Assembly (NCBI RefSeq): GCF_036365525.1
Contig: NC_090377.1
Coordinates: forward strand, 37,106,201 to 37,170,200
Length of the DNA stretch: 64,000 nucleotides
Direction: 5' to 3'
Origin: Heterodontus francisci
Taxonomy: Eukaryota
The translations under genes and the position numbers were made by a program. How positions within the stretch are numbered: the first letter of the stretch is position 1; each line of letters begins with the position of its first letter. Shown here in pieces: positions 1-12,515 of this stretch. The notes under the pieces are model-generated. The model saw only the letters and a program-made list of their open reading frames with translations, did no database searches and was not told the origin of the DNA.

Positions 1-1686
1 AAAATCCGAACCTAATTTCTGGCCATCTGTTCCACAAAATTTCTGCAGCCAATGATTTGCTCAACCACAGCCTCACCTCCACCTTTGATTTCCTAGCCCC
101 CAATAAAACCATAACACTCCCTCACTCGAGCCATTCCCCCTGGTATGGCCCTCATCTCCACTCCCTTAAGTCAAAGGGATGCAGACTTGAAAGGAGGTGG
201 CGGACAACTGGTCTAGCCATCCACTGCCAGAACTGGCTGGACCATTTAAAACACTGTCGGGTCCTTTTCTCATCTACTAAGATTGCTCACTGCCAGGACC
301 ATGCTGGAATGCAAAGATAACCCCAGCTTCTTTTCTCTGCTGCAAACTGTCCTCTCCCCAGTCCCTCCAGTAATGAGTGCGAAGTGTCACTAAGATCGAG
401 ACTATCCGATCAACTGCCTCTGCTGCATCCCTCCATACCACTAGACCACCTGGTCAATCTTCCTCTCATCCCCCCCTCCCTCCCCCCCCACTCCCTGTCC
501 TAGACCTGAATTTGCATCTTGCTCCAATTTCTTTCCTATCTCCCTTCATGACCTCTCTGAGCTCATCTTGTCTGTGAGACCAACCTCCTGCTCCCTCGAT
601 CCTATTCCCACTAAACTGCTGATCACCCAACATCCCCTCTGGGTCCCCATGTTAGCCGATATCGTTACTAGTTTGCTCTCATCAGGTGTTGATCCTCTCT
701 CCTTTAAATCTGCCGTCATCATGCCTCTCAAAAATTCAATCCTTGAACCTCCATCCTTGCAAACTACTGTCCCGTTTCTAACGTCCCTTTCCTCTCCAAA
801 ATCCTTGTACGTGTTATCACCTCCCAAATCTGTGCCCATCTCTCCTGGAACTTCATATATGAATCCCTCCAATCAGGTTTCTGACCCTCCTACAGAACCG
901 AAACCACACTTATTATTCCCCATCTACCAACCCCATCCCTTTCCCTGAGATTAAGCCAGTCTATTCACAACCTTGGTGTCACATTTGACCCCAAGATGAA
1001 CTTCTGACCTCATATCTGCGCCATCATTCAGACTGCCTATTTCCACCTCTGTAACATTGCCCTACTTTGCCTCTGTCTCAGCTCATCTGCTGAAACTCTC
1101 ATTCATGCCTTCGTTACCTCTAGACTTGATTATTCCAATGCACTCCTGGCTGGTCTCCGACATTCTACCCTTTGTAAATTTGTGGTCATCCAAAACTGTT
1201 CGCCGCATCTTAATTAGTAACAAGTCCCTTTTACCTATCATCCCTGTGCAGCTGACCGACATTGACTCCTGCCAAGCAATACCTTACTTTTAAAATTCTC
1301 ATTCTTGTTTTCAAATCCTTCCATGGCCTCACTCCACCCTATCTCTGTAAACTCCTTCAGCCCCACAACCCTCCGAGATACCTGCGCTCCGCTAATTCTG
1401 GCCTCCTGAGTATCCAATTTTAATCGCTCCACCATTGGTGGCCGAACGTTCAGTTGCCTCGGCACTAAGCTCTGGAATTCCCTCCCTGCATCTCTCCACC
1501 TCTCTACCTCACTTTCCTCCTTTAAAACACTCCTTAATCCCATCCCTCTGACCAAGCTTTTGGTCATCTGACCTAATATCTCCCTATGTGGCTCAGTGTT
1601 ATATTTTGTTTTATAATGCTCCTGCGCAGCAACTTGGGACATTTTATTATGTTAGAGATGCTACATAAATGTAAGCTGTTGTTGTT
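1..1686 (+). mobile_element. Decayed L2-clade LINE, RT region to 3' tail (5' end outside window or truncated)
   Basis: ORF 568-948 reads PTSCSLDPIPTKLL...LADIVTSLLSSGVDPLSFKSAVIMPL, the L2/CR1-group pre-RT motif; downstream NLGVTFD and LDYSNALL-like remnants; 3' end ...gctacataaatgtaagctgttgttgtt is the L2-type (GTT)n tail; many frameshifts/deletions. Confidence 0.8.
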
Positions 1687-3362
1687 ATGCTAGTTCATCC
1701 AAATAACCATTCTTTATCTGTGACCCAAGCCAATAATTACCATGCAGGAAAAAAATGTAGATTCAATACCAAGCACTCTTGTGTCAGAAAAGCAAGATCT
1801 AAAGTTGGTAACAAAATAGAAATTATAATACAGAACAAAGGAAAGCCTTACCTGGTAAAATGGGAATCCAGAAAGAGGCCAAATAAAAACAAAACTTCAA
1901 TCTGTCCATAATAATAGATGCTGGATTATGCACGTACAGTATGAAAAAGCATGGAAAAAGGGAAGCAAGGCCATGTGGTGTATGGTTTGTTTGAAGAAAT
2001 TCCCTAATGTCTATTTAAAAAAAAAGAATTCTTGAAGTTTCTTTTAAAAAGTAAATGCTTAGAATTTTTTCCCGAATCCTGCCCTGCCATTTTGGGTTTG
2101 CTTTCACCTCAGACAATTTTGATGGCACACCTAGCAATGGCTTCAATTTATTTAGCAGAGGTAAAATATGCAGAGTGGCCAGCTAATCACATGTTTTCCC
2201 ATGGTTGTCTGCCTTAAATTTAGCTCCCAGGCTAATCCAAAGCTGCGACTTCTGTTAAGCAGATTGGAGGTTGTCCACAGCACAGTCTGCTCTCTTTATC
2301 AGTGATGTCATCAGAATAACCTGATCCAAAATGGCTGTTCTTCAACAAGGTAAGAAATTCATGCCTGGGATTTCTACCAAGACTTTTCCCATTCGTGCGC
2401 TGTAGCTTCAGCCAAAGAGTGCCAAAAACTCAGAGAAATGGCATAAATGACCATTTACATTATTTCTGCAAAGTTTCCTTTAATCTTCTGCCAAATTTAC
2501 AGGATGAAATGAGGAAAAGAGCATCAGAAAATCAACCCCACATACAGGGCATAATTTAATGTGGCCGTTTAAAGTGGGAATGGTGCCGTGGGGGGACAGA
2601 GAATCGCATCAGAAGTGTCTGCCCAGAAATCCGGTGTCGTGATGTCGGTTCTGGATTTTGTCAGCGGCGGGAAAGCACCAAGGTGGCATTCCCTCCCTGA
2701 CGTGATGGGAACCAAATTTAAATTGCTGAGTAGTTGATTATAATGCATTAGCATCTAATTCACCTCAATTTAATGGTGGACTTGTGATTAGTAGACGGCG
2801 AGCAGCACTCATATGCCTTTGTGTTCACGACTGTTAAAAGCTGGTGGCACCAAGGCAAGAGGCTTCAGTGCCAAAACGGGTATGTAGCCATGAACAGTGC
2901 TGCATAGGGGAAGAGGGGATGTGCGGAGGCCATTTTTGGACTGTGTTGCTGTGCGCTCGGCAAGGGGTGGGGTTTGGGATCTTGGGGAGGGTCAGGATCT
3001 TGAGGTCTTTGCAAGTGGGTTCAGGGTCTCGGGTCTCTGACAGGGATGGCTCTGCAGGGGCTGGGGGCTTGGGTTTGAGTGGCTGTATTGGATACTGGGT
3101 GACAGGGTCAGCTATCAGAAAGAATGGGCACTGAGGCCCCTTAGGGAGTCTGCTGGGAGAAGTGTCAAAAGCTCAGTTGTCAAGGCAGGGTTTACTCAGC
3201 ATCAACAGGACTCTGTAGGCCCACTGGTCACCTGGCATGGGTCTCATAATCCCTGTCTTTTTAGACCCTCGAGGCATGATGCAGTGCCTCTGATGGAGGG
3301 AGGGCCAGGAGGCAGCTGTGCCCACCTGTGAAGCTCCACAGTGAGATCAACAGCAGCTGAAC

Positions 3363-4339
3363 ATGCCAAGAAGGGCTAATCTACGCCAGAGTGTGTACTG
3401 GACTCAATCAGCTACCTCGAAATGTCCGAATGGCATTATTAGCAAAGTCTACGGCGAAGCCGTCGCCGACTTATGCGCCCTGATGCAGGACAAATTGCGA
3501 CCTATGAGATTTGGGGGTCACCCTATGTCAGTGGCCCTGAAGATCACAGTGGCACTGAACTTTTACACGTCTGGATCTTTTCAAGGATCCACCAGGAATG
3601 TGTGGGGTCTCCCAGGCAGCAACCCACCGCTGCATCAAGGAGGTGACCAATGCCCTGTTTAAGATGGCCGGCGACTGTGTGCGCTACCGGACCATCCCTG
3701 ACAGTCAGGCTGAGAGAGCCACCGCTGGATTTCCCTGGGTGCAAGGTGTGATAGGCTGCATGCATGTGGCCATCAAGGCTACCTCAGATCAGCCAGCTGC
3801 ATTCATCAACAGGAAGTGCTTGCATTCAATCAACATTCAACTGGTCTGCAACCACTGAAAGCGTTTCCTGCAGGTGTGATTCCATTTCCCAAGAAGCAGC
3901 CATGACACCTACATACGTCAACTGTACCAGGTGCCACAGCTTTTCAGGCCCTCGCTCACCTTCAGGGATGGGTTCTCGGGGACATGGAGTATCCATTGAA
4001 GACATGACTACTGATATCTGTGAGGAACCCTTGCACTGCAGCAGAGGTGACACCTGCCACAGCTCCACCCGAGCGACCATCAAGCAGGCCATTGGGCTAC
4101 TGCTAATGAGATTCTGTTGCTTAGATCGATATTGTGAAGCCCTGCAGTATGCCCCAGCGAGGGTTTCGCATATCGTTGTGGTCTGCTGTGCTTTGCAGAA
4201 TCTAGCACTGCAGGGGAGGCATAATGATGAGATGCCTGAGAGTCACTCCTCCACTGACGAAGAGAATGCTGAGGAGGGAAAGGAGAAAGCAGCACTGAAT
4301 GTTGAAGCCCTTGCACTCGAGATGAGGCAAATTGTGTGA
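3363..4339 (+). pseudogene. Harbinger (HARBI1-like, DDE_Tnp_4) transposase, frameshifted
   Basis: Motifs across frames: ALKITVALNFYTSGSFQ; GFPWVQGVIGCMHVAIKA...FINRKCLHSINIQLVCNH; GWVLGDMEYPLK (3966-4001); HSSTRATIKQAIGLL..RF.CLDR...LQYAPARVSHIVVVCCALQNLA. First (GxIDxTH) and third (IE) catalytic residues are substituted. Confidence 0.88.
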
Positions 4340-4668
4340 CATGCCAAGGAACCAAGAGACAATCTCAAAATGACCAGCCTCCAGCCCCTCTGATGTCCAC
4401 TGACAGAGACACCAATAAAGTCTCACCTCAAAGCATGTAGACTGTTGCCTCCTTTCCATTTGTGCTCCATGACCTGCACCCAGCTGCAATCTATGCTAGT
4501 GCCCATGGGAGATCAAATGTTAATGAGGGCTATGATTACATTGGCATTCCACTAAGGGGAAGGGTGAAGTCTGCAGCTCACAATTAAGGCATAATGGAAT
4601 GATTTTTACACAATGATAGTTAATTATATGAACAAAATAACTTTATATGAATCATTACATGTCAAATG

Positions 4669-6358
4669 TCAGACACCCATGAATCTCCATGTGTGGCTAG
4701 GTAGTTTTCCTAATACATCTGCGAGTGGTGTGATCCCAGCAACAGCAGCTGGGCTGGAGGTAGTCTGCTGATCAGGCTGCCCCTTGGCCTGTGATGGCTC
4801 CGGTGGCCATCCTCTGGCTACCTGAGGCCTGGAGGGCCCTGGCTGCCTGAGGCTGACCTGCACTGGTGCAGGACTCGCCTCAGGCATCATGGCTGCTGAA
4901 GCTGGGCTCACTGGTGGAGGGGCTGAGGAGCCGCTGTCCACGTTCTGAGTTCCTTGAGGAGAGCCCCCAGCTGTGGAGGCCTCTCCTTTCTTTCAAGGCT
5001 CACTTGAACCTCTCTGCTCAACAGAGAAGAACGAGGAGCTGGAGACGTCTTCAGGTACTTTGTCACTTCTCTCACTTTTCCACTGCTGCATTGAGCTTAA
5101 GGCCAAGGCGATGGTGTGCAAGTCTGCACGCATTTGTGGGATCTGGCTCTCCATAAGGGTCGCTAACCTCTCGATGGAGGAAGCCAAACGCTCATCTGCC
5201 GGGGACATGGCAGCAGTCATGGCATGCACTCTTGGATGTGTATGGCCTCTGGCATCTCTGCCATATGTTGCCTTACCCTTCTGTGCAACTCCAGTATGTC
5301 CTGTGCTGTGGACACCAGAGGCTCGTCGGGGCTCAGCATGGGCCTGGCCACCCACAGTCCTTCGATTGTCAGGGGCCTCAGCTGTCTCAGCCTCAGCTCA
5401 GGCAGGTGTGCGGAGCTCTCACCAGCTTGTAGCCCTGCTTCTACAGCTGAACGGAAACCCACCAAGGTGAAAGTATCTGTGCTGGTGGAATTGTGCAAGA
5501 GAGTCATAGGATGGTGCATCCTCGATCTCCTGATCCTCCTCTGAGGTGGTATTATGTCCCCCTTATTCTGGAGTCTCCAGTGGACATCAACCTGCATGAG
5601 AGAATTTAAACATATGTGTGTTAGGCAGATCTCGTCATGCCAGCCATGCACGATGGAGGTCTCCACAAGTGAACTGTATGTCGATGGAAGACAATCCTCA
5701 ATCTCTTGTGCAGAGACTCCAATCTCTCCATCCGCTACTGAGCGGCCACCCTGGGTCCCTGCTAGTTCAAGTACCCCCTCCTCAGCCGTGGAGAGAGGCC
5801 TGATGTCTGAGATGCCTCCGCCAGTCCGAGATGTCTGCCTGTTGTCGTGGGCCCTCTTGTCCTGCAAGTGAAAAGAGGGCAATGATCATATTTTGTCGAG
5901 TCATCAACATGACAGTTTTACTAGTGACAGTCCCTCGTCTCTTACTGGGGTTTCCTATATAGCTTATCCTCCTGTCAGTTTGCAGGGCAGCCTGTGGCCG
6001 AGATGCATCTATGCATCTGTCAAGATGAACTGATTGTTAACCCCCTTTGCCAACGCTTTTGTGATGCCTCCCTCCCCATGTCCTGCTTCCTCCTGCCTAG
6101 CCTCATGTGATCGCTAAAATGGAGAGAGGTATCGAGCAATCACCTTGGCGGAAGGAAGAATTAAATCTCTTGTGGCACTGTACCCATGTTTGGGGGGGTA
6201 ACCCCATAGCTGCTGACCTCCTCTGCGATCTCCATCCAAGCTTGCTTGGTCAAGCAGGCAGAACTGTTTTTGCCATCGCTGGCAAAGAGGACCGCCCACC
6301 TCTCCCTTGCAGCATGGAGGAGAATGGCAAGGGAGGCATTGCTAAACCGTGGGGCCAC
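4669..6358 (-). pseudogene. Harbinger Myb/SANT-like (trihelix) DNA-binding accessory protein, spliced, decayed
   Basis: Exon 1 6358-6144 MAPRFSNASLAILLHAARERWAVLF...KQAWMEIAEEVSS ending AAG|GTGA; acceptor ttcacttgcag| at 5861 continuing DKRAHDNRQTSRTGGG (typical K/R-TGGG motif); further acceptor tctcatgcag| near 5591; coiled-coil/low-complexity C-terminus (ERLASSIERLATLMESQ). Confidence 0.8.
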
Positions 6359-7314
6359 CCACTGTCTTCCTTCAGCTGTGGTCGCTGCAGGCTCAGCTTC
6401 AGCTCCTTGCCTATCAGGCAGCAGAAGGGGTCCTGGGGCAGCAGAAGGTGTTCTGAGGCAGAAGAAGCAGCGGAAAGGAGTCCTGGGGCAGCAAACGACA
6501 CTCAGGAAGGCACTCTTTTAAACCAGGTAAGAGTGAATGCAAGACTGGCAAACCTTTAAATATAGCAGCAGCACCTGCTGCAGAGTCATTCAGCGCTATA
6601 ATTGGCATCTCGTCTCCAGCCCCCGCCGCATGATTGAGAGGGGGCCCCATGCCTTCATTATGCAAAATGGTCACCTGCCACTTGATCACGGTGGGGCAAC
6701 CGCCCACGTGACAAAAAGGAACAGCACCCATTTCCGCGACCGGCAGTGGGCTCCCTAAATTCAGCCCACAATGTTTTTTTCCTGAAATATAGTAAGGAAT
6801 ATTTTCATAATTGCATATTTTTTACTTAAGCATTGATGGAAGAAAATTTACACTCCCTACTCATTTCCTTACCTTCAATATTATAGCTCCTCAGCATTAT
6901 TGTTTTATTCCCCAACTCATCAAAGTCCTAACTAAATCAAAGTAGAGTTAGGAAGTGACATACGTAATGAGGCAAATGAGATGAAGTGAAATATGAAAGT
7001 GATAAATGAGAGGTACTATATTGTGTTGGTGTGAGAGATAAGCTCCTACTCTGGAGATGAACACAATGCTATTTATGAAATAATATATAAAATATCTACC
7101 ACAAAACTGAAGTACTGACCTGTGACTCATTGTTCAGTGAAATGGAAAGGTTGCACTACAACTTCTTGTAAAGACTAAATGTAATCCTTGTGACAATAAC
7201 ATGAAGCATTTTTGTAGAATAAAACTGAATTCTGAAAGGACAGACATTTTGAAGAAGCATTGCTCCCTAGTCAGTTATAATTTCTGCAAATACAGTTGTG
7301 TAGTAATAGAGTCA

Positions 7315-7420
7315 CAGAGAGATACAGCATCGAAACAGGCCCTTCGGCCCACCGAGTCCGTGCCGACCATCAACCACCCATTTATACTAATCCTATATTA
7401 ATCCCATTTTTCCCTCGCAC
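7315..7420 (-). mobile_element. 3' fragment of HE1-type V-SINE
   Basis: Matches reverse complement of the 3' part of the SINE copies at 46560-46898 and 28086-28400 (agagatacagc..gaaacaggcccttcggcccaccgagtc). Confidence 0.8.
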
Positions 7421-7659
7421 ATGTGGCAATGCTTAACATTTTGCTTGCTTGATACAAAATTTAACCACAGTCAAGTGCTTTTAATTTAATCAATGACTAC
7501 TGCAAGAGTTCCAGTGTTACAAACATTGAGGCAGTTCTTTGCAAAATGACTCAGGCAACCAAAATGGCAAGTATTCCACAGAATCAGAAAATATCTTTGG
7601 TTGGTGATTAAGAAAAATAAAGAAATTAGATGCATTTAATAGCACAAATGCTTAGAAAT

Positions 7660-8175
7660 GTGTTTAATCATACAGCACAGAAGGAGGTCATTGGGTCCAT
7701 TGTGCATTTGCTGGCTCTTTGAAAGAGCTATCCAATTAGTCACATTACCCAGCTCTTTCTCCATCAGCCTGCATTTTATTTTTCCATTTTCCAAGTATAT
7801 ATCCAATTCTCTTTTCAAAGTTAATATTGAATTTGCTTCCACAGCCCTTCTGGCAGTGTATTCCAAAGTCGAGAATTTGTATTTATAAAACTAGTTCAAT
7901 AGAGTAAAGGTTCATAGGAGTAGAACTTGAAGGGTTGTAGAGATGGAGGAGGCTGCAGAGATGTGGAGGAGTGAAGCCATGGAGGAATTTGAAAACAAAG
8001 ATGGGAGCCAAGATAGGTCAGTGGGCATAAGGGTAAGGGTGAGTGAGATTTAGTACGAGTTAAAATATGGGCAGCACAGTTTTGGATGAGTTCAAGTTTA
8101 TGTAGGTTGTAAAATGGAAGGCCGGTCAAGAGAGCATTGGAATAGTTAGGGCTAGAGGTAACAAAGGCATGGGGC
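7660..8175 (-). mobile_element. CR1 3' tail fragment (7660-7865) followed by L2 fragment (7935-8175)
   Basis: ORF 7636-7866 has AVEANSILTLKRELDIYL (CR1 ORF2 C-terminus); ORF 7896-8129 has LHKLELIQNCAAHILTRTK (L2 C-terminal region). Confidence 0.65.
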
Positions 8176-9639
8176 GGGAATTTCAGCGGTCTTGGTGATG
8201 GAGTGGAGATGTTGGTGGAACCTCATCTCCGGGTTCCAGATCATCATAACTTGCTGCATAAAGATATGTGTCCTCATCTGCCCTCTGTTTCTTTGGCTAA
8301 TTAAATTGTAAAATAGGTCGTTACTCATTAGAAAAAGAAAAGAAACATATAATGGCAACAGATGAAAATTCAATAGAATGGAAGTAATGATTTAAAATAT
8401 GTCTACAATAAAATGAATTAAATGGGATGATTAGAGCATATAAGATTAAACTTGTACCAAGTAAAAATTCTAATATGTAAAATGAGAAAGGACAGAGCAT
8501 CAGACTAATAGACTCAAAAAAATTAGCTGTACATTGAAAAATGGGGATAGATAACTGAACTAAATTAATTGACTGGCACTGGATGCAGAATGCACAGAAG
8601 TAGGTTGGAAGGGTATAAGCAAGGCAAACTTCAGTCTGTGATAAGCAAACTAAAACAAGGAGATAAAAAAGCAATCACTAGGGATAGGACAAACATTTCA
8701 CAAATACACAACTTGAAAACAATAGATAAAAGCTCATTTCAATGGAACAGAAAAAAGATGTTGGGTTAATGAGATTATTTGAAAGTACTAACAAGTATTG
8801 AGCTGTTTTTTCAGGTCACGTTACAATTATCAGGGGTTTAATTTCTCTTTGTCGAGCTTTGTTTAACATTTGCCTATAATTCCTTTTTTCACCATTTTCC
8901 ACAAAAGGTATTTGAAAACAAGAATTAAAAAAAAAATTAGGCAAAGTATATCCTGAAGTTTACAACAGGTGTCGAGATGAAAAGCAGTTAATATGCTAAA
9001 GGGGAGTAGTTTTCTCCAGAGACTAAACATAAGCAGATTGTTAGCTTGTCTAGTTATTGAAGAACATCTCACACTCATTGTGTTGAAAAGTCATTTGACA
9101 TTTGTGGTGTACTTTCTCACTTGTATGGCACATTTCAGAATGTTCACCATGTGCAGTCCTCATATCACATCTTGGCAGCTCAGTTTGAAGTCTTAATGCT
9201 TCATCAATTGTCTCTTAACCCCCCCCCCCCCACCGCACACCCCCCCCCCTCAATTCATATCTCTCAATGCTATCATTATTTTGCACTCTTCCTTCAATTT
9301 TCAGATGAGCTCTGGTGTGACTTTCAGAAAAGGATATGGAAGAATCAGTTGTCAAAACATGAAAGGATAAAATTACATGGGGTTGAAATTACATTTTTAT
9401 AAAGAGAACCAAAAAGAAATTACTTCAAGCATGAATGCCTGGGGTTCTGTACATATTTTCTGAGGCCTCACTGAGTGTCATTGGAAAGTCCATTACAGAC
9501 AGCTCACGGAACATTCGCAAAATTGGAAGACTCCTGGGCTATGCTGGCTCTCCAATCAGGAGCATTAAAACGTTTTGGGATATCATTTTCTGCAGCCAGC
9601 TGGACGTCATCTTGTAGTCAGATTTGCTCTTTGCAGAAT

Positions 9640-11345
9640 GTTAGAGAAATGGGAGTTGTTTGAGGATTGGAAAGTAACTAAACTCCCAACAATTTTTAAA
9701 CAGGGGCATAGGCATGACGCAGAAAACTATTGCCCATTGGGACTAATGTCTATCATAGATAATCTATTAAAGGTTACATGAGGAAAAGGGGACAATTTAA
9801 AAAAAAAACTGAGATAGATATCGTGGTAAAAGAAAGTCAGTGTACATTTATAGGAAAGAGCTCCTATCTAATGTTTTACTGGAGTTATTTGAGGAAATGG
9901 TGGACCTTGTTGATGAAAATTCTGTGCATGTGATATGCTTAGATTTCAGTAAGACTTTTGATCATATAGAATAACAGAATTGTTACAGTGCGGAAGGAGG
10001 CCATTTGGCCTGTCATGTCTGCGCTGGCTCTCCAAAAGAGCAATTTACCAAGTACCACTCCCCTATTTTTGCATTGTTGTTGGGTTTGTATTAGTAATGT
10101 TGTAGGCGTTCTAGAGAAAGTCTTAGACTCTGATAAAGGTTCTCTAACAACTCTTTACTATTTACTGATACTATATACACTCTCAGCAAGCCATCTAAGC
10201 TAGCATCGTTCATGCTGCTATACCTTTTTGTCAAACCTATCATGTGACTGTTACATTATCGCTCGTACTATGGGAGGGGTCTCTCTCTCAGTATTTGTTT
10301 ATAATCTTTTACATCCTTATACTGCACCCACCTTCCCCTCATAGCCCTGCACATTTCTTTTCGGATAACAATCCAATTCCCTCTTGAATGCCTCAATTGA
10401 ACACACTCAGGCAGTGCATTCCAGATCCTAACCACTTGCTGCGTGAAAAAGATTTTCCGTATGTCATTATTGCTTCTTTTGTCAATTATCTTAGATCTGT
10501 GCTCTCTTGTTCTCGATCCTTCCACCAATGCCGACAGTTTTTCCCTATCTACTCTGTCCAGACCCCTTGTGATTTTAAACACCTCTACCAGATCTCTTCT
10601 CAACCTTTTCTTCTCTAAGGAAAACAGTCCCAACTTCTCCAACTTATCCATGTAACTGAAGTTCCTTGCCCCAATGGAACCATTCTCATGAATCTTTTCT
10701 GCAATCTCTCTAATGCCTTCACATCTTTCCTAAAGTGTGGTGCCCAGAACTGGACACAAAACTTCAGTTGAGGCCAAAGCAGTGTTTTATACGTTGAACA
10801 TAACTTCCTTGCTTTTGCACTCTATGTTTGTATTAATGATGCAAGATGCTGTATGCTCTATTAACCATGCTTTCAACCTGCCCTGCCACCTTCAATGATT
10901 TATGTACATATACATCTGTACAAGTAACTTATTCACAAGGCTGAAAGGCATTGAATAGGAAGAAAGTTTTTCTGGTGCATTGAAAATTGGCTAAACCAAT
11001 GAGGCCAAAATGGTGGTCACGAATGGAGCTGTGTTGGCAAGGCAAGGTATCATTTGGGGCTACTGCAGTGATCAGTGCTGAGATTATTGTTACTCAGAGT
11101 AATTGTGGGGAAAGTAATGTTTAAAAACCATAAAAAGACAAATCAAACATCACATGATTTAAATAAATTGGGGTGATGAGCTGATGAGGACAAATAACAT
11201 TTAATGTGAACAGATGGAAATGTGGTGTGAATGGTGAAAGGAAACAGTAAAGTGGGAACACAAACTAAATGACTCCAGGCTATAGGACACAACACAGGAG
11301 AGAGACCTGGGGGTTTGGCTGACAGTTGACTGAAATCTACAGTCT
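9640..11345. mobile_element. Ancient + strand CR1 RT remnants interrupted by a younger - strand CR1 3' segment (10330-10915)
   Basis: EDWKVTKLPTIFKQG..NYCPLGLMSII and LDFSKTFD-like remnant (+); LGLFSLEKKRLRRDLVEVFKI...FFTQQVVRIWNALP (-, 10268-10651). Confidence 0.7.
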
Positions 11346-11987
11346 TACAATTTATTGGTTCTGATTATTTTAAACAGTCCCCTCCTATGCCATCATGGGC
11401 AGATGCCTGCACAGGTGAAGGGTGGTAAGAATTCCCCATGACCATTGAAGTCAATTACAAAAGTGTTCTTTATGAAACATTAAGCATGGGGACTAGTTCA
11501 GGCATGTGAGTTGTGGAAGTTTCTTTCACAATGTTTACAAGTTGTTGCCAGCCATTTTTAATACTATTGAGTTGATTAACTCCATGAAAAAGACACACAA
11601 AATTACTGAATTACTCTTAATATGTTGTTACAGCGAATCAAGCCCACAGGGGCCCCCAGAGAAATAGGGAGAATCAGAGATAAAGACCCTAAGACAATAC
11701 ATGGTTTTGCTATAGTATACATCACTAGTTTAACATAACTTCCTTGCCTTTGTACTCTATGCCTCTATTAATGAAGCCAAGGATGCGTTATAGTTTAAGA
11801 TATAGTTTTAAGATTCACCTCTTATAGTGGGCAGATGGTATTAACAGCAACACACCTCCTATTAGCTGTAGGCGTTATATTTTCATCACTGTGAAAATTT
11901 TGACTTCTTATAGCAAGGGCCCAGACATTTCAATAATTGTTTTTAAACAGCAAAATAACTAAAAGTAGTAAAAGAAAAACAAATATG

Positions 11988-12515
11988 CTATAGCTGAAAA
12001 AAAGACATGCTATCAAAGCTTTTTATCATGCACTCATCAGGACAGACACAAGAATGCCAAATTTCAAAGGGAGCAACAGTTTCTGCTGCATGAGGAAAGG
12101 GTGCTCATTGTTTGGCAAGTCAATTCTGGTCAAGGCATTGCCATGGAGAATCCACCAGGGAACTATTGTCCCCCATGCTTTTGTTTAATTCAAAAAAGGG
12201 TGCGACCCCTGAACATGTTCCTTTTGCCTGCAGATGACAGGTTCCTTAATATTACCTGTCCTCTGCAGGCAAAAGGAATATGTCCCAGCATTGCGCCTTT
12301 TTAAAATTAAACAAAAGTGTGGGGGACAATGATTCTCTGGTGCATTCTCCATGGCAACGCCTTGACCAATCAGCACTCTTTTCTCATGCAGTATAAATTG
12401 TTGCTTGCTTTGAAATTTGGCGTCCTAATGTCTATGCTGATGAGTGAAAGATGAAAAGCTTCAACAGCATGTCTCTTTTTTCAGCAATACTCAAGTTCTG
12501 GACTACCAAGCGACT
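11988..12515. mobile_element. ~500-bp fold-back palindromic element with hammerhead-like motif in each arm (putative Penelope-mobilised non-autonomous element)
   Basis: 11989-12242 and 12254-12489 are imperfect inverted repeats around an 11-nt loop; 26-nt unpaired tail 12490-12515; direct repeat AAATATG at 11981-11987 and 12516-12522. Confidence 0.8.
12432..12467 (+). ncRNA. Minimal type I hammerhead ribozyme motif (degenerate); mirror copy at 12010-12045 on - strand
   Basis: ctatg-CTGATGA-gtgaaagat-GAAA-agct-TC-aacag; mirror copy reads ctgtc-CTGATGA-gtgcatgat-AAAA-agct-TT-gatag; self-complementary stem III AAGCTT as in minimal Penelope-associated hammerheads. Confidence 0.6.

Larger units (their letters stand above)
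2547..6767. mobile_element. Full-length PIF/Harbinger DNA transposon (inactivated)
   Basis: Terminal inverted repeats GGGCATAATTTA (2547) / TAAATTCAGCCC (ends 6767); 3-bp TSD ACA at 2544-2546 and 6768-6770; GC-rich interior with transposase (+) and Myb/SANT gene (-) arranged tail-to-tail. Confidence 0.9.

Noticed and set aside
2365-2540. Weak palindromic element adjoining the Harbinger (similar weak MITE-like candidates at 13553-13935 and 30641-31370)
   Set aside because: Inverted repeats too degenerate and no clear TSD to call boundaries
3363-4339. Possible domesticated HARBI1 gene
   Set aside because: Frameshifts, stops and altered catalytic residues, and it lies between TIRs with a TSD: a dead transposon copy
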